Both the position numbers and the translations under genes were made by a program. This document shows positions 59,953 through 64,000 of a DNA stretch of 64,000 bases, piece by piece. Under the pieces are notes generated by a model. The model saw only the letters and a list, made by a program, of their open reading frames with translations. It had not been told where the DNA came from and searched no databases. The DNA comes from a bacterium (GTDB taxonomy: Bacteria; Caldisericota; Caldisericia; UBA6126), in contig JAJFUD010000019.1 of assembly GCA_021372585.1 (NCBI GenBank), positions 45,197-109,196 of the forward strand, given 5' to 3'. The number at the start of each line of letters is the position of its first letter. The first letter of the stretch is position 1.

Positions 59953-61136
59953 ACTTTACATGGATAGAAAAACCTTATCTGGCGATTGGACGGTTTCCAT
60001 CACAAGAGGATTTGCATGAATTAGCGGTTCATTTTCGCATTTTAATGAATGTAACAGAAGATCCCTACCCGGTACCCCTTGAGGAGAATCTGTTTACAGA
60101 GTTTATCTCCCTTCCCGTCCGGGATATGTCCACCCCGACCTGGTCACAGCTTTTTCAGGTGCTTCGGTACTTTGCCAGCTATAAAAAGATGCAGCTGCCG
60201 GTATTTTTACATTGTCATGCCGGTTTAGGACGTGCCGGGTTTTTTGCTGCCCTGCATTGCATGATGGGAGGATGTACAGCCAAGGAAGCGATTGAGAAAG
60301 TGAGAACTTTACGCTGTGGTGCGATTGAAACGGATGAACAGCTGTACCGGCTCTATGAGATCGAACCGATCATGCCGGCTATTCTCCACTCACCTGAGCA
60401 GACCTGGTTTGAAGCGAATCATATGATTCATCTCTTACGAAAAAACTGCCCATGGGATCGTATACAGACTTATGAATCCCTTATTCATACGATTATAGAC
60501 GAGTCCTTTGAGGTGATCGAGGCCATCCGGAAGCAGGACATTGATTCGTTGGAGGAAGAGATCGGGGATATGATGATCCAGCCCCTGCTGGTTTCGGAAA
60601 TCGCCTTAGAGAGAGAGGAATTCTCTATTTATACTGCATTGGAAAAGATGATGGAAAAGTTGATCCGCCGTCATCCCCATGTGTTTGCACAAACCAAACA
60701 ACTGAGTCCTGATGCGGTAATCGATCAGTGGAACGGGATCAAACTTGGGGAACATAAGAAAGGGAACCAGGGAATCATTGACGATATCATGATGATCTCC
60801 CGGGAAGCTTCCGCTTACGGGTTTGATTGGGAAAAAGCGTCCGATATTGTGCTGAAAATCCGGGAAGAGGTTCAAGAGCTCTCCGAAACGATCCAGATTG
60901 AAAACAAACGGAGAATCGAAGAAGAAATGGGCGACCTGTTCTTTGCGGTGCTGAATCTTGCCAGGTTTTTAGAGATCGATCCGATCAAATCTCTGGAGCG
61001 AGGAAGACGCAAATTTGAATCCCGGTTCCGGATGGTGCAGAGGTTCATTCGGGAACAGGGAAAAGATCCGGCTGACCTTTCCCCTGCACAGCTGGATGAA
61101 TACTGGCGGGAAGCGAAAAAAATTCTGCAACGCTAA
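59943..61136 (+). CDS. mazG: Fusion protein: N-terminal dual-specificity/tyrosine phosphatase-like domain (HCHAGLGRAG CX5R loop) plus tandem MazG nucleoside-triphosphate pyrophosphohydrolase domains
   Basis: The N-terminal 150 aa carry VFLHCHAGLGRAGFFAA, the PTP P-loop. MazG motifs CPWDRIQTYESLIHTIIDESFEVIEAI, EEIGDMMIQ, RRHPHVF and EEMGDLFFAVLNLARFLEIDP are also present. The ATG overlaps the mfd stop. Confidence 0.7.
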   Translation: MPVDFTWIEKPYLAIGRFPSQEDLHELAVHFRILMNVTEDPYPVPLEENLFTEFISLPVRDMSTPTWSQLFQVLRYFASYKKMQLPVFLHCHAGLGRAGFFAALHCMMGGCTAKEAIEKVRTLRCGAIETDEQLYRLYEIEPIMPAILHSPEQTWFEANHMIHLLRKNCPWDRIQTYESLIHTIIDESFEVIEAIRKQDIDSLEEEIGDMMIQPLLVSEIALEREEFSIYTALEKMMEKLIRRHPHVFAQTKQLSPDAVIDQWNGIKLGEHKKGNQGIIDDIMMISREASAYGFDWEKASDIVLKIREEVQELSETIQIENKRRIEEEMGDLFFAVLNLARFLEIDPIKSLERGRRKFESRFRMVQRFIREQGKDPADLSPAQLDEYWREAKKILQR

Positions 61137-61238
61137 TCTCGCATTAAAAAGGCTTCAAAACCTTTTGTGATCACTTTGTGTACTATTCTCCTGTTCCAAT
61201 TTCCTAGGGTGAAAGAACGAAAAAAAAGATAAAAACTT

Positions 61239-61267
61239 TTGATTATAAGCTACTCTCTCGGTATAAT
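61239..61267 (+). promoter_or_regulatory. Sigma-A-type promoter (TTGATT -17- TATAAT) upstream of the Fe-ADH gene
   Basis: ttgatt at 61239-44 and tataat at 61262-67, with an exact 17-nt spacer. The ATG at 61298 is preceded by aggag. Confidence 0.55.
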
Positions 61268-61297
61268 CATGGTAACCTGATCGCATAGGAGCATAGG

Positions 61298-62464
61298 ATG
61301 GAAGATTTTATTTTTCAGAATACCACGAAGATCTATTTTGGAAAATACGTCCTACCGGAGCTCGGAAACGAAGTCGCCAAGAAAGCCCGGAAAGTCTTGT
61401 TAGTACTCGGTACCGGACAGGTAAAGCGTACCCGGGCTTATACAGATACGATGCAGTCTCTTCACGACCGACAAATACAAGTAGTGGAGTGGAATGGGAT
61501 TCCTCCGAATCCTCCTCTTTCCGCGATTAAACAAGCCATTGAACTGAGCAGGGCAGAGAGCGTTGAGGCAGTCGTTGCTTTAGGTGGCGGATCCGTTCTG
61601 GATGCAGCGAAAACGATCGCAGCCGGGCATCTTTTCCAGGGAGAAATCTGGGATTGCTTCGGACCGAAGCGAAAATGCAGGATTCTGCAAGCTCTTCCTG
61701 TCTTCTCTGTTCTGACGATATCCGCCACCGGCTCAGAGATGAATGGGACAGCGGTAGTCACCAATGACGAAACCCATGTGAAAGCCTCCTTGTATTCTGA
61801 AGCGATCTACCCTGCCGTCTCCTTTATCGATCCCTCCTACCAAGTCACTCTCTCAGAATCTATGACGAAATACGGGGCGGTAGATATTTTCTGCCACGTG
61901 ACAGAACAGTATTTTAACCAAAATACCCTCTCCGATGTCTCGGATGCGTTGAGTGAGGGGATCATGCGCACTGTACTTCAACGGACGAAACAAATATTGG
62001 CTGAGCCAACCGAGGTGGAGCCAAGAGCTCAATTGGCTTGGGCTGGGACGATGGCTTTGAATGGATTACCCGGTTTGGGTCGTGGAGGAGGGGATTTTTC
62101 CAGCCATCGAATCGGGCATGCGCTTTCCGCTCTCTACGATTTTCCTCATGGGCTCACCTTGGCAATCGTTTTGCCCGCCTGGATGCGTTATGTCTATAAA
62201 GAAGCGATTCCGCGTTTTGCCCAATTCGGACGGAATGTATTTCACTTGAAAGGATCAGACGCGGAAACAGCCTCCAAAAGCATCATTGCGTTACAACATT
62301 GGATCCACTCGCTCGGTATCTCTACCTCATTGGTAGACCAGGGGGTTCGTATCGATGCTCTTCAGGAGATTATCCGGAATGAGAGTATTCCGTATCCGTT
62401 AGGGAAGCTGAGAGTGCTAGAGCCAAATGATGTTGAAAATATCCTGCACTTGACAAATTACTAA
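61298..62464 (+). CDS. Iron-containing (group III) alcohol dehydrogenase
   Basis: GGGSVLDAAK is the Fe-ADH NAD(P) signature. The metal-binding His residues are in HRIGHALSALYDFPHG. 388 aa. Confidence 0.85.
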   Translation: MEDFIFQNTTKIYFGKYVLPELGNEVAKKARKVLLVLGTGQVKRTRAYTDTMQSLHDRQIQVVEWNGIPPNPPLSAIKQAIELSRAESVEAVVALGGGSVLDAAKTIAAGHLFQGEIWDCFGPKRKCRILQALPVFSVLTISATGSEMNGTAVVTNDETHVKASLYSEAIYPAVSFIDPSYQVTLSESMTKYGAVDIFCHVTEQYFNQNTLSDVSDALSEGIMRTVLQRTKQILAEPTEVEPRAQLAWAGTMALNGLPGLGRGGGDFSSHRIGHALSALYDFPHGLTLAIVLPAWMRYVYKEAIPRFAQFGRNVFHLKGSDAETASKSIIALQHWIHSLGISTSLVDQGVRIDALQEIIRNESIPYPLGKLRVLEPNDVENILHLTNY

Positions 62465-62491
62465 TCAGTCATAAAAAATAAGTATTTTTTC

Positions 62492-62519
62492 TTGATATTT
62501 TTTAAAAAACATGTACTAT
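62492..62519 (+). promoter_or_regulatory. Putative sigma-A promoter (TTGATA -16- TACTAT) for the SLH protein gene
   Basis: Read directly from the sequence. Weak -10. Confidence 0.35.
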
Positions 62520-62606
62520 CAGGGTTGAAATGAATAGGGCAGTGATGTTTATTATTTAAGGGTATTGGAGCGTTATTTTTGTGTAGGAGTTATCGGAGGC
62601 AATGAA

Positions 62607-63845
62607 ATGAGGAAATTGTCATTAAAAGTGGTGGTGTTTCTGGTGTTAATTTCCTTGGTCTGTGTTTCTGTCCCTAACCAGGCACAGGCGATCCGTTTTT
62701 CCGACGTTCCGAGCAATCATTGGGCGTATTATGCCATTCAGTATTTGGCAGAACGCGGTATCATGAGCGGTTATCCGGATGGCTCCTTTAAACCTGACAA
62801 TCCTTTGCGCAGAGAGGAAACTGCAGTTTTACTGACACGTTTATTTGGGATTCAGGGCATTACCCCGGAGGAACCTTCTTTTAAAGACGTGACCGCTCAG
62901 GATTGGGCCTATCCTTACGTGGAAGTGATCAAGAAAACGCGCGTCATGGCCGATCTCCTGATAGACGATACGTTTAAGCCGGACATCTATGTAACCCGTA
63001 TTGAATTTGTTGCGATACAAGTACGCTCTCTGGCGATGAAATATTTTGCAGACAACATTCATAAAGATGAGATCGAAGATGCCATCGGTGAATTTACCGA
63101 TTTTGCACAAATTCCGAATTGGGCGAAAGGGTACCTGACTGTCGCTCTGCGTTCCAAAACTATCAAAGGATATCCGGACAGCACCTTTCAACCAAACCGG
63201 TACCTCTCCCGGGCAGAAATTGCTTACTTGTTATACGAAATGCTGCGTGAACCTAATGCTTCGGATCCGAAAGAGCAATTAATCTATACCCAGTTTTACC
63301 GTCCGGACGGGACCATTCTGAAAGCTGTATTGTCCCGCAAGATGGAAGGCGCTTTGTTCACTTACGACGGAATTACCTATCCTAATGGCAATATCTCTCT
63401 CACAGTCTGCGACATCCCGTTTAACAAAGCGACCGCTAACAGCAAGGGTGAGTATGCGATTCGAGTACCGTTGGCCTTTTTCGGTTTGGGCGCGATCAGT
63501 ATAGAAGCGAATTATACCGAACAAGGAAGCGATAAGACCATCAAATATTTTAAAGGATACTCGGCGATTCCATTTGATATGTTCCCCAACTGGTACCGAA
63601 ATTATGGCTTCACGTACAATCCCCTGACCCGTGAAGTGATTTACCACACCAAGATAGGATGTGCCGTCAACATGGAATACTACAACAAAACCACTGGTGA
63701 GCATCTTTATCGCTTGATAGAAGAATCACAGGATTTCTCGGTCTCTTCCAAACTGGCAAATGGGGAGAATAATATTGACTTAATCCTCCAAGCCTTTGAC
63801 CAAGCCTGGCGAATTACCTACGGTCTGACTATGACGGTAAACTAA
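62607..63845 (+). CDS. Secreted protein with three N-terminal S-layer homology (SLH) domains and an unknown C-terminal domain
   Basis: Signal peptide MRKLSLKVVVFLVLISLVCVSVPNQAQA. The three SLH repeats are FSDVPSNHWAYYAIQYLAERGIMSGYPDGSFKPDNPLRREE, FKDVTAQDWAYPYVE..., and FTDFAQIPNWAKGYLTVALRSKTIKGYPDSTFQPNRYLSRAE. Confidence 0.8.
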   Translation: MRKLSLKVVVFLVLISLVCVSVPNQAQAIRFSDVPSNHWAYYAIQYLAERGIMSGYPDGSFKPDNPLRREETAVLLTRLFGIQGITPEEPSFKDVTAQDWAYPYVEVIKKTRVMADLLIDDTFKPDIYVTRIEFVAIQVRSLAMKYFADNIHKDEIEDAIGEFTDFAQIPNWAKGYLTVALRSKTIKGYPDSTFQPNRYLSRAEIAYLLYEMLREPNASDPKEQLIYTQFYRPDGTILKAVLSRKMEGALFTYDGITYPNGNISLTVCDIPFNKATANSKGEYAIRVPLAFFGLGAISIEANYTEQGSDKTIKYFKGYSAIPFDMFPNWYRNYGFTYNPLTREVIYHTKIGCAVNMEYYNKTTGEHLYRLIEESQDFSVSSKLANGENNIDLILQAFDQAWRITYGLTMTVN

Positions 63846-63876
63846 ATCATTATTTTTCTTCGCTAAAAAATCCTAT

Positions 63877-64000
63877 GGCAAAAAGAATACCCAAAGAACT
63901 TTATAAAACTGATACGGGCGATGGTGCTATCTTTCAGCCGTACGTTCTTCAGAAACCAAATTCGACCTTTACGGAATCATTTAAGATCCTGCGCACCAAC
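63877..64000 (+). CDS. 5' fragment of a BY-kinase (CapB/YwqD-like tyrosine-protein kinase), truncated by the window end
   Basis: MAKRIPKELYKTDTGDGAIFQPYVLQKPNSTFTESFKILRTN matches the N-terminal S-E-x-[YF]-R-x-[IL]-R-T-N signature of polysaccharide-biosynthesis tyrosine autokinases. Confidence 0.35.

Noticed and set aside
1-64000. CRISPR arrays, IS elements, integrases, prophage or conjugation genes near the four tRNA genes
   Set aside because: No regularly spaced direct repeats. No transposase, recombinase, capsid, terminase or relaxase-like translations in any frame. The tRNAs appear to be ordinary chromosomal copies. Only the MmeI-like orphan next to tRNA-Leu hints at past insertion.

Overview
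This 64-kb window is a dense bacterial chromosomal segment that looks like ordinary core genome, with no obvious novel system. Coding density is high, GC is low to moderate, and there are no transposases, integrases, phage genes or CRISPR arrays. The gene content and local order point to a Bacillota (Firmicutes/Clostridia)-like anaerobe. Examples are glyQ-glyS-ppdK-dnaG-sigA, glmU-prs-ctc, pth-mfd-mazG, purE-purC, SLH-domain and copper-amine-oxidase-N-domain surface proteins, a ycf45/SpoIIIAA-like ATPase and an FprA plus rubredoxin-flavin reductase pair.

Secure calls:
- Type IA topoisomerase (TopB-like).
- Four tRNA genes, all on the minus strand: Ala-GGC, Val-GAC, Gln-UUG, Leu-CAA.
- GlyQ and GlyS.
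- Pyruvate phosphate dikinase.
- DnaG.
- RpoD/SigA.
- FdhD.
- Ribosomal protein L25/Ctc.
- Prs.
- GlmU.
- LepA.
- PurE and PurC.
- An NfeD-stomatin pair.
- Pyruvate kinase.
- An MFS transporter.
- FprA and Hrb.
- PlsC.
- A site-2 protease.
- MetK.
- Pth.
- Mfd.
- A MazG fusion protein.
- An Fe-alcohol dehydrogenase.
- An SLH protein.

The remainder is mostly secreted or membrane proteins of unknown function, including an 1840-aa surface protein.

Observations worth a second look:
- An orphan 565-aa protein that carries only the N-terminal nuclease plus helical module typical of MmeI-type type IIG / type I HsdR / BREX PglX enzymes. It has no methyltransferase motifs and sits 15 nt downstream of tRNA-Leu.
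- A dual-specificity-phosphatase-like domain fused to MazG, translationally coupled to mfd.
- An approximately 250-aa lysine/proline/alanine-rich histone-H1-like extension in frame with the primary sigma factor.
- A 708-aa secreted protein built from about 10 degenerate G-x-G-[IL]-L-x-D-x-x-G-[ND]-D-x-[YF] repeats.
- An exact 93-nt duplication inside the giant surface-protein gene.
- A C13 homopolymer-palindrome-G6 bidirectional terminator.
- A gene order consistent with a single roughly 40-kb inversion that splits the Bacillus-like glmU-prs-ctc-pth-mfd cluster.

All calls rest on reading the translated ORFs and the sequence by eye. No database search was possible.
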